Positions 49,342 through 60,079 of a DNA stretch of 64,000 bases are shown piece by piece (the stretch's first letter is position 1; each line of letters opens with the position of its first letter). The position numbers and the translations under genes are program-made. The stretch is from the NCBI GenBank assembly GCA_965649825.1, contig OZ287710.1:62001-126000 (forward strand), given 5' to 3'. The notes beneath the pieces were generated by a model that searched no databases, was not told the origin of the DNA, and worked only from the letters and a program-made list of their open reading frames with translations. Source of the stretch: Penicillus capitatus. Its lineage: Eukaryota > Plantae > Chlorophyta.

Positions 49342-50283
49342 CTAGAAAGTGAGCTATTGACGAGACAACAAGAAATGTGTTTGTACCGTCATTCGAATGT
49401 AGGTTTTTCCAGAAGGAACAGGAACAACTTCAAACCCGCCCAACTTCTCCTTCGCGGCTTCGTCAGAAAGTGTGGGGACGACCATGCATTTGTCGCCGTG
49501 CTTCCAGTCCACAGGCGTGGCCACACTAAACACACCCTCTCATCCTTGATCTCTCAGTCGTGGAAAAACCTGTGATTTGCGGTCAGCTGAAGGGAGTCGA
49601 TGACTCTGAGAACTTCGTTAAAATTTCTGCCTGTCGTGGCAGGATAAAGAATGCTGAGCTTCAGTTTCTTGTCGGGTCCAATAATGTAGACAGCTGCAGT
49701 AGAGATGAACACAGATCTCTTCCTTTTCCTGTGCAGACAGAAATGTTTACCTCTGCAGGACATGGGCAATCCCGTCGCGCTCTTCTCATCTGGATCAATC
49801 ATTCCGTATAGTGTCACGATCTCACGACCCTCGTCTGCAATGATAGGATAGGCAATCTTCTGACCACTGCACCACTTCGTGGCCTCGATATCCGTCGTCC
49901 ATCCCTTTGCACGAAGACTTTTTTTAAATATCTATGAAATCGATGAGGATGACTTTATGCGACTCCGCGTCATTGCATGACAGAGCTGCAACTTTTACTC
50001 CACTAAAAGAAAGAGCGCAGGATGAGAACCGCCGCCACTTTGGTGTTGTTACCGTTTTGCAAATTCCGGTATGAGAGACGCAACCGTACCCAGTTCCGTT
50101 GTGCACACAGGTGTGTAGTCCGCAGGGTGCGAAAAAAGAATTGCCCAGGAGCCGTCTACGATAACGCCTTTTTTACGATCGCGTGGAGGAACAGCGGTTT
50201 CAACCAATGTAACTGTGCCATTCGATGTCGCCGATTGTGGAATCGGCTCTGAAATTTGGCACGACGTCGCCCAGTTTGATCAT
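49342..50283 (-). CDS. 1-Cys peroxiredoxin (Prx6), multi-exon
   Basis: [57 protein letters not shown] and VATPVDWK. Confidence 0.97.
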
Positions 50284-50996
50284 CGCAGATTGCACGGGCT
50301 TCTTGCGCGAAAACACTTTGCGAAGCATCCGGCTTGATGGAAATGACGTGCAGATAGATGCGTCTGTGTTGTGTTTCGTTGAGAAGACAGCTCGAGCTAG
50401 TAAGGTATATCCGCAAGTCACTTTACATAAAATTTCAGACAGAATACGTAAGGCTTTCAGCGTGAATGATGATTGTCATGAGCGTCCAGTGTTTATTCTA
50501 AATCCCCCAGTCCACGGTGAAACAGCCGGGTTTTCACCAGCTGTATGGTTATCGGAAATCCAATCTCACAAACGATTCAAATTGAATCAAAGGTGGATGA
50601 TACAGATGCAAACAGCCCCAATTATCGCCAGCCACATTCAAGACTCTGAACGGGCGAGTCAATTGTCAGCTGCATCTATGGCTTTGTTGGTGATGGCGAT
50701 GGTAAATGTGCAGTATCGGATCTGTGCACTGACGCTTTTGCGTTGACACATCTTCAACCTCAACTGCACTCTTACCATACAGAATTAAAAGAGAGAGATT
50801 GTGCGAAAACACCGAAAAATGTTACTTGTCGACTCCAATTTACCCGTCACATGTCGCAGAGATGGTCCCCTGGTGATGGTACGGAAAAACGAACTTGAAC
50901 TTGTGACGAGCGGAAATAAATAGAGCTTGGAATCGTTTCAAAGAATAAGACAGAATCGTTCACGTGAACGATCCTGTAAAAATTCCGGGTGCAAAG

Positions 50997-51591
50997 TCAT
51001 TTGCTTGCGGTCTTTTTGTGATCACTGTCAGGATTATGAAGCATTCGCAATGTACGCAGCTTTTCTCGCAAGCGTGCGTTTCTTTGCTCTTTTTCTTTGT
51101 TCTTGTTCCACAGAGCATCAGATGCCTCGGTACATCTGTCCAGATGATTACTTATTTCTTTCACTCTCTTCCTTGCATCTTCAACTCTGACAGAAATCGT
51201 TTGTGCGTCGTCAGAGAGACGCATTATCTGACAATGCTGCTCGTGAATGACGCTAACGAGATCGCGCATTTTTAGTTCTTCGGTGGCCTCGCGTGCAACG
51301 AGACAACGCTCTTTCAAGTGATCCATGATGGCATCTCCGTTGTTTATGTTCGCCCCAGCAAGGTCAGAAACTTCAACATTTCTTGAGATATCCACCGTTT
51401 TTTGCACAACGCTGTGTGGTACACATTAGGGTTATCTCAAGAATTCAAGAACAAAACGAAACAAACCGCTTTCTCTCAGTTGTGGCGGAACGACGGTCTA
51501 GACTCTTAAACGTTTTGCTAGGTTTCGTCTCCCTCAAAAGAGAAGCGGAGTGCGATGCATCCGTTGATCGATTGGTTCTCGATATCTTCAT
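50997..51591 (-). CDS. Hypothetical coiled-coil protein, 2 exons
   Basis: ATG at 51591, GT-AG intron, then a helical ORF (VEDARKRVKEISNHL..EKEQRNARLREKLRTL). No family recognised. Confidence 0.55.
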
Positions 51592-51937
51592 CGTCTGTCT
51601 GACACGTTTCTCTCGACACCGCGGACAAAAGGTATGACGGAGGCAACTTTAGAGTAATCCCCGTTTGGAAGGTATCGCGTCTTTCTTTGATACAACCGCG
51701 TGATAATATTGCGTGTCACGTGACGCGAAAGCGAAGATCTGGTGAATTTGAATTTTTGCATGATTAAAAGTACGCACGAACAGTTTTCCGTCGGCCACTG
51801 TCTGATGAATACGCACGGACAAACAAACGTTCCTCTAGAAAAGCATGCTCCCTCGCTGTGCATGGCGTCAGAAAGAGTAGAGTCGGTGTGGTTGTAGGGC
51901 CGAAGGTGGAAGTCTGTTTCATGATGACTCGGACAGG

Positions 51938-53726
51938 ATGTCGCGTATGATATCAACGATTTCCAACGATTCGATTCGTCAGCTCATCAAGATCGCTTCT
52001 ATGTATGGTGACAGCGACGGTTTTCTTTGCGAGTCTGGCTGTCTGTAGTGGAATCGAAGAGCAGCTATCTCTGGATGCCATTGATTTGACGGAGCTTTAT
52101 GAAGGATGGGACGTACCTTTGGGCCCAGACTTTAATCAAGTGGAGCGGCCGTCGATGGATTTGCCGATGGAAGTGGATACCATGCGACAACAGCTCCATC
52201 GACATGAGATGGAATCGGAATTCGTAGAGATGCCTCGCTACGATGCCGGTCCTCCTTTATCCGCGCCCGGACAGGAATCCTATGAGGCCCAGATACCTTA
52301 TAATCCTCCGCCGCTGGCACCCCAACACACCATGTCAGAATTTGACACTTCCCAGACGTACCCTGATCATCGATCCATGATGCATCCGATGGAACAAAGA
52401 GGGACGCCGGAAATGGACGTCCAACGACCTCGTATTAATTTGGTGTTGGACAGTAATGTTGTGATGCTAGATTCTCGAGCCTGTCCGAAACCGGCAGTGA
52501 CGATACTTCCCAGTCAGGTCATTCGTGCACCAGATCATCCCGCTATCTGTGACATGAGTGAGTGCCTTTCTGGCGAAGCACCATGTCAGAGAGCTGGATT
52601 TCTAGGTGGCAGCAGTGCACAAACCATACAGGGATATCCATGCAACGCAATGAATTGCACGGATTTTAGTTGGTCACACTCAGATACCCCTATGCAGCCC
52701 CATCACCCACAAGGTTACTACAATAATGCCCCGCCCATGTATGATATGCGACATTCGACAGACTACAATCAAAACATTCAAAGTATGTGCCGCCCTTTGA
52801 CAGACGCCTTGCATTCTGTTCTGTTGTACCCATAGGTTCCATGATGAATGAAGTGAATTGTGAGTTCTCTCGGATGATGATGGCGGAGGATAAGATGGAC
52901 AATCTCTACATGGTAGGACTCTTCTTTATGGATGGATGCATGAAGGAGATGTCGTGCATGCAGATGATGAATGGAATGGGAGGCGAGCAGTACCCTCCTG
53001 TGGCAGATGTAACGCCTGTCGATGATAGACAACAGCTGGCTGCCGATGGGAATATCCCTGACGACAGGGCTGGAAAAGTCGTTCGCAAGAACACTCGAGG
53101 CGAAAAACTCCCTGCAGAGAAACCACTGAGCTACCGAGCAGAGGACCTGATGACACCAAAGGAAAAAACAGAGAGCCACTTGGATGCATTGGGACCGGCT
53201 CAGATCGAAAGTCAGTCGGCGGAGCTCCGCAAGATCGAGAGTATGACTGAGGCAGAAATCTGTGATTATGTGAAGAGCATGGCCCCTACTCTTCAGAACA
53301 ATGCCTGGGAGGAGGTCGTGCGCGAGACAGATTTCAGTCAGAGACTGATGAAGGCAGAGCAGAAGATGCAAGAGCACAACGACGAAATGGAACGCATCCG
53401 TAAAGAGATCGAGGCAGGTCGTATGGATCATCGAACAGGTCAAGAACAATTGCGAAAGGTCTACAATCGTCGTGAGGCAGCAGCATCTCGCACAAAACGC
53501 GAACAAGCCCTCGTCAAAGCTGCCATCAAGGTACACGTTTCTCATACTGTTACACAAGAAAGTATTGACGGGTTGTTGTGTTGCATCTTTCTAGAAGCGA
53601 ACATTGGAGAAGATCTGTGGCTGGATGCGCGAACATCTTATTGGCCATTCGGATTTGTTTCGGACAGCATCGAAAGAATCCGAAGTTCGTCGGAGTCGTA
53701 GCGACTGCATGAAGATGTGCCCATAA
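51938..53726 (+). CDS. Hypothetical protein with a bZIP-like basic motif near the C-terminus, multi-exon
   Basis: Two long ORFs joined in phase by a GT-AG intron. NRREAAASRTKR fits the N-x7-R basic-region pattern, but no clear leucine zipper follows. Start is approximate. Confidence 0.55.
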
Positions 53727-54784
53727 CAGACAAATTAATGAATGTGTCAATAAGAATGAACGCATTGTACATAACCGAGTGTGAGAACACATCTGCAAAC
53801 GTGTGTTTCAGAGACATGTGTCTAGATAAATCTCGAGCCGCCTCTATGGAATCTAATTAGCATCCAACACGCCCATGTCCTTTAACAGTGTGTTCTCTCT
53901 TTAGACTGAGCGTTCGTGTGTATGAAGCATTGTGTCCGTCCGTTTTGGAAATGGGGATTGTCAGTAGATGACTTCGCATACCACAATGCTCACTGCAAGG
54001 AGATACATTTGAGATTGAGAGTGCGAGATGCCTCCACTATGCTAACCAAAGGCAGATCTTCCAGCTTCCTGGATTTGTTTCCAGTTATTCCCATCCTTTT
54101 TTAAATTTTCTTTCTTTCTAGTCAAGCTAAAATAGTGCATCGGAATGCAAGCAAGCAAGCAAGCCAGATAACTGAACATGTTGATCAGGTAGGTAGGTAT
54201 ACTCAATAGCGCACACGGTCTTGGTGCAGCCGTTTGTTCAAGAAGCTCTCCGTGTGTAGTATATAAGGAGATCCAAAACGGAAGCATAGAAAGAACAGTA
54301 GAAAAGAAAATCAGTTAAACTGGAGAGCATGGTATCAACCCACACCGAAGATTGTTTTTGCTCGACGCTTATCGAGACGTTTTCACTCCTTTCGATCGAA
54401 GACAAAACTACCTTCTGAACAGGGAGACATGCTTGATTGAGACGAAAATCTAAGACCCATAGATGATGAGATGTCGTCATATCTAGGTTGATGTGCAGAT
54501 ACACGGCACTATCCCAGATAGAGGATCCATGGTTTTCTTTTCTTCTACATGGGATCATGCATGCCGTCAATAGTCACGAATAAGCTCCACCCACAGGTGC
54601 AAGGATATTCATCAAAGAACTCAATATAAGCATTCCATTCCAAAGTCGAGGCTCGTTAGTCAGAGAGGGTTGTCATTGTGACGCTTACGTACGTACGTAC
54701 ACTAGAAATGCTCGAAACACACAAAGAGAGAAAGAAAGGACGCACAGGCAAGCGAACCACACAATTATGAAATCGAGAAACAAT

Positions 54785-56846
54785 CTAGTGAGCGGCCACC
54801 GCTGCATTATGTTCTGTATAATTCGTGGTGGTGGTGCCCCAATGCTGCACAGGAGTTCCTTTTGATCCAGGCTTCTGCCCTTCGCCTTCGATGTCAAACA
54901 CGAGAGGGAGATAGTCCGGATCATTGCACGGAAATCGCGAGTTGCGGAAGTGTTCAATCAAGCAATCTCTGCCCTGAACACGGGCATAGGTGATCTCGCA
55001 CACTTTCTTGCTGTTGAACTCTTCCCAGCTCTTCGTGTGGAACTCCTTGTAGAACTCGACAGTCGTGGCTGCGTCTATAAAATTCACAAATGCATAGCCC
55101 AAATTGCAACGATTCTTGAAATCAATGGGCAGATAAAAGAAGTCGAATCTTCCGCTAAGCAACACACACTCTCCTCACGACACCATCATTAGTACCATCC
55201 TGATGACAGACCTGTATTTCTTGTTCAATACATCAAGCAACATTTTTTGGCTGTATTTGTTTGGAATGTTGCGAATCATCAACGTTGTACGTGCAGCTGA
55301 GGGATCGTTGTTGGCCTCAGCGAGATTGAATTGAAATTGAGCTGGATCATAGACGCGATCTCCGCCGCTCCTTGTTCTATGAGGTCTCCACGTATGCGTA
55401 TCGGACGCATGAGACTCATAGCCAGGCGAACCAGAATGGCTATCTATGCGATGCACGTGATTCGCATTGTCAAAACGGCCTGATGTCGGAACCATTGGCA
55501 TGGCTGGACCATGTGGATTTCCAGCAAAAGCCCATGGCTGCAGACCTAGAAGACATAACAAGATGATGATGTGACTAGTCTACAAAGGAAGGATCTGAAG
55601 AGGGGCGCATACAATGTGGTGGCGGTGGCGGTGGCGCATATCCCATGTAATGTCCTGACCATAGTGCGTCTGGTCTGCGCATTGAGTAGACGTTAGGACG
55701 GTGGTGATCAGTGTACCCTGCCGCTGGAGCACTGTGCTGTCGTTGAAGGGGAGGAACGTCTCCTCTGTAAGGTTGAAGAGGCATGGTATACGGCCCCCAT
55801 GCATTGTGATACGGGGTGTTTGGCGCAGGCCATGATGAACTCTGTGCAATATCACCGCCGTCTGTCGACCCATTCTCATCTGTCTTGCCACCAGCGCCAG
55901 CGTATGCATGGATATTGTTGTTCGTCTGCTCAGGTGGCGGCGTCACTGGTGCAATCTCCACATCGTGTACGATGGCGTGATGCTCTGCGGAAGACTTGAT
56001 TTCGGCGATGGCTGCTTCGGCCGCTCGCGCATCATAGAATTCCACAGCCTTCGACTGTTCACTCACTGTTCTCACACTCTTCACATCTCCAAATTTTGAA
56101 AAGAGGTTACGGATCATTGTTGAAGTGACATTTTCTCCTATCTTCACTGTCAAGAGTCCCTGATTCTCCATTCCGACGGCAGACGGAGGTATCATATAGA
56201 ACGTGTTGCACGGGATTTTTTGCGTGTCGTCGGATCCAACGCCAGGCAACATCTCTGGCAGTCCACGTACAGCTCGTTCTGCATGTCGTGTGTCCCAGTA
56301 CGATACGAACATACCAAACCAATACTCCCGCAGTGACGCATCGACGCCACGCAGAGGTCCAAACTTGCTAGCAGCCTCAAAGACGTGCTTCTCTTTGACG
56401 GAAGGCGAGAGATTGCCGATGAAGACGATGCGTGTTGCCTTGTCTGAGCGCTGCGACATAACCGTGCTGTGCACGTACATACCATAGGCACTCCACTGAA
56501 CGTCGTAGCCAGACACCCAAGGATGATAGACAGGGATCTGTGGCGGGTGGAATGCGCCGTCCATAGGTCCAGCGGCGCGGGCACTGCCGGGTTGATAGGG
56601 CGGTGGAGCGGCGGGAGAAAATCCACCACCGGGCAACGATTTGTATCGGCGATGGGGTCCTTGCGGCGGTCGGTGTGGGTGATTAGGGTTCCGTCGGAAG
56701 CCGCCGTGTCGATTGCGCTGAGTGTCGCCACGGTCCGACTGGTCGCTTCCCTCGGACGAAGAAATATTTGAGGGAAGATCTCCAACACCGTTCGCCGATG
56801 TGAACGCCGACTCGCGGTGCTTTCCGACTTCGCTCGACTGCTCCAT
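54785..56846 (-). CDS. Mei2-like (AML) RNA-binding protein, 3 RRMs, 3 exons
   Basis: RIVFIGNL..YWDTRHAERA (RRM1), EFYDARAAEAA (RRM2) and the diagnostic RRM3 RTTLMIRNIPNKY..FDFFYLPIDFKNRCNLGYAFVNF..CEITYARVQG. Confidence 0.95.
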
Positions 56847-57045
56847 AGAAAACAAAAGTGGACGGGAAGACGAACGAACGAACGCACACACGCGCACACA
56901 CGTACAAGCTTGTGGACGAGCAACAATGCAGGTAGTCTAGAAGAGACAACCAACCAAACCTCCAAAGTACCTTAATCTGCCACGTTGACACTTCAAACTG
57001 ATCAGCACGTCACATCTGGGCCACAAACGAAGCTGACGAGGCATT

Positions 57046-58275
57046 TCATCTATTAAACTCATTCATGAAATTCTGTGCAAAGCTCGACAGTTTCTTCCCC
57101 GCCTGTTGCGCTACATTCTTCAAATGCGTCGCCTCTTGACGTGCCTGAAAAGATAATCGCGCCGCCATGTCGGCAACAGTCACATCATCATTGCGTGTTG
57201 GCGCTGAACGTCCGAAATAGGCATCCGATGAAATGGCCGTTGCCCCACTGAACTGCTCCATGCGTGATTGCCGCTCATATCCATTGTCATCGTCTTTGCC
57301 TTGGCCAAAGTACTGATCTGATGAGATCGCCTTCGCATTAGCAAAGCGATCCTTGGCCGACGTCGTATCCGTCTGAGATTTCTTCAACATCGACTGAGAC
57401 ATTCGCTGGGACGATGTCTTATTGCTATTTGGCTTCGAGGAAAAGGGATCTCGAAAGAAGTCCCCAGCATCGGCATCCCCCAATGCTAGATGTCCATCGG
57501 CGCCTCTCCGAACGGCTGGCGGCTCTGGATGAAGTGTCTCGTAAGCAAATCTCGATTTGGTTGGCGTTTCCTTCGCTTTACTCTCTTCTCCACTCGATCC
57601 GATTGATTTGACAGGCGTCAAAGGCTTCACTTCTGCCGGTGCCTGTTCAAAGAGACTGCTATCTACTTGAGTTGTCAGTTTCTTCACTCCCAAACCACCT
57701 CCTGCCTTGCCCCCTTTCTTATTCACAGTTAGTCGTGTGCGTCGCGTTGTGGCTGCAGAAGAGGTGAGTCCCTTTGAAATGACAGGTGCTTTGGGTGAAG
57801 ATATCTCGGCCAGCGTCTCGGCCTTGGGCGTTTTGTCCAAATCTACCAGCGATGGTGAAGAAGGGGAATGTAAATCCTTCGGCGATGTGCACGGTTCGCC
57901 GCCTAGTGCTTTATTGGCTTCCTTTTCCAGATGCGTCCGATACAAACGTGCTGCTCGCGAGGCGTACTTCGCTTCAAACTTATCCACTCCGCCATCGGCC
58001 CAGCCATGTTCCTTAAAGAACCGTCGAGCCAGAGCGTTTCCGCCCAGCTCCATCACCAGTAACTGCTTTTCGGTCCACTGGTCGAGCGTCGTGCTACGGA
58101 CGAAGCTCTTGTGGACGCCAAGTTGGCGGTGACTTCCAGCGCAGTTCAGACAGAGAAAGACACCGTAGGTGACGGAGGCCCATGTTGGATTTTTGGCCGG
58201 ACAGTCGAAACAGACTTTGTTTTCGGGTTTTGATAATAATTTGCGAAACAACGTATCTCTGTCGAGTTCGGTCAT
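57046..58275 (-). CDS. ARF GTPase-activating protein, ArfGAP2/3 (Glo3) type, intronless
   Basis: CFDC-x16-CLNC zinc finger, [19 protein letters not shown] and Glo3 motifs [11 protein letters not shown] and [11 protein letters not shown]. Confidence 0.96.
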   Translation of the reverse strand: MTELDRDTLFRKLLSKPENKVCFDCPAKNPTWASVTYGVFLCLNCAGSHRQLGVHKSFVRSTTLDQWTEKQLLVMELGGNALARRFFKEHGWADGGVDKFEAKYASRAARLYRTHLEKEANKALGGEPCTSPKDLHSPSSPSLVDLDKTPKAETLAEISSPKAPVISKGLTSSAATTRRTRLTVNKKGGKAGGGLGVKKLTTQVDSSLFEQAPAEVKPLTPVKSIGSSGEESKAKETPTKSRFAYETLHPEPPAVRRGADGHLALGDADAGDFFRDPFSSKPNSNKTSSQRMSQSMLKKSQTDTTSAKDRFANAKAISSDQYFGQGKDDDNGYERQSRMEQFSGATAISSDAYFGRSAPTRNDDVTVADMAARLSFQARQEATHLKNVAQQAGKKLSSFAQNFMNEFNR

Positions 58276-58330
58276 CGTTAGTAGACAGGATAAAGATTGA
58301 ACAGGAGCCGAGGGACGATGAGTTGACAGG

Positions 58331-60051
58331 TCATCGCTCAACATTCGGCTCATCTGCATAACTGGACGCCGTGCCCGATCGTCCTGGCAGAATCGGCGAG
58401 ATGGCGGCGTTCTTTGACTCGAGTCCATGAAACTGCCGTCGGCTGAGGAAATAATCAGCGGCGGAGGTCAAAGCGGATGTCGTTGTCAGTGTTTTTTCAT
58501 CGCGAAGTGTGATCTGACGCTCGGCTGACACAGCAGAAGTGTGATCTTCTGTCTGAAGATGATAGCGATACTGACGATGGGAGAGATACTGGCCCGTGAA
58601 GGCCAGCTGCGCTTCATACGGTGTCACACACGGTGCCAAAAACTCCTTGCAATCCAGGATCATGGCATGCGGATCGCAGACGAGAATAAACACATCCATC
58701 TGATAACATACGGCACGTCGCTTTCGACAAAAAAAGTGAGAAGATGAGATCGAGTACCTCTGGAAAATTGGCAAGCTTTGCAGGATTAGGCTTGGCCACA
58801 ACGATCTCGTAGACATGTTTTCCGGCTCTTTGAGCCAATTGCTTCACACTAAACGAGAAGGCACACCGATGGATGCCTCCCTCAAACGATGTGTGCCTTA
58901 CGTATTAGCAGTTTCCATGACGCCATGAACTGAGACGGTCGACACCTGACAAAAGAAAGGAGGGATGAGGATCTCTCGACAGTGGCTACGGCTGACATAC
59001 CAGAATGCCGACGGTATGTGCTTCTCTTGCTTTTTCAACCAGAAAGGCTCGCCTTCGTAACATCGCTGTCACATCAGACGACAAGCCATGCTGCTCCATG
59101 CATCGTCAATAAAAATGAGACATGGCACACACATAGGGAGGGTATCACTTGAGCCGTGCCTGCCTTTGGCTGCAGAGAGATCCATAATGAAGTCGCCAGA
59201 TGCAGTTGTAGTTGGTAAAAGACTTCGGATTGGACATCGCCGATCCAAACACATAAACAAGAGTCGAGCTTCGCGTCTCTTTTCGACGTCCAGCGATAGC
59301 CACACATGTTGAAAGAGAGCATTCCATCCTACGAACAGAACACGACATCTGGTCGACAGACAGTACATACAGTATTTCGCCGTACTGCCAAAATCTGTGT
59401 TCCATTATCGGCAACGGTGGCCGTGCGAAGAACGGCGACGTGGATATTGCTGCTGTCCTAAACAGTGAAAACAATGAGATCCATATGTATCCCCTGATGC
59501 TGATTCTCGCACATATAACGCGGCCGTTAAGTCCTGGCGTCTGTGCTCTAATGAGCTATCCAAGAAAACCCAGACTTCTTCGCATGTGCATTTGGCGATC
59601 TCTTTCCTCAAACTCTCGATCCATTTCTCATCTAAGTTCTCCTGAGGAATGACGTAGAATGCGGGAATCTGCGTTGTCGCCGTTAGAGAAGCAGGTCCAT
59701 AGTGAATCTGCACATCCATCTTCAGCATCCCATCCATCTGTGATGTGACAGTTAGTCCTACCATACAGTCTGCTTCCACATGCTCTGCCGCGACGGCATC
59801 CACACACGCATCATCATAAGCACTGTCGGCCAAGACATATAGCTAAACGATGTCCATTCCATGTATCGGGCATCTGTTAAGTATGACGGTACTTCAGCAT
59901 CATACTCTACTCTCCTCAGTTCTCTCTGCAGAGATTCGGTGACAGAGACGCATTCTTTGAGAAGGACATGAGGGAACTGCAGCGCCACGCGTCGATAGTC
60001 TCCCCGCCTTATAAATTCAACAGAAGGGCCAATTGACCAACGGCATTCCAT
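58331..60051 (-). CDS. DPH2: Diphthamide biosynthesis protein DPH2, multi-exon
   Basis: [62 protein letters not shown]|[20 protein letters not shown] and GRSGTASSY. Confidence 0.92.
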
Positions 60052-60079
60052 TTCACAAATCGTCCATTTCACCGACGCG

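Noticed and set aside
53730-54780. 1-kb gap with GCAA, GGTA and GTAC microsatellites as a mobile element or ncRNA
   Set aside because: No terminal repeats, boxes or coding motifs. It lies between two convergent genes and is most simply 3' UTR.
57046-58275. Intronless ArfGAP as a retrogene
   Set aside because: Several other genes here are also intronless (5524-6273, 32998-34074, 38498-39004), and there is no poly(A) remnant or target-site duplication.
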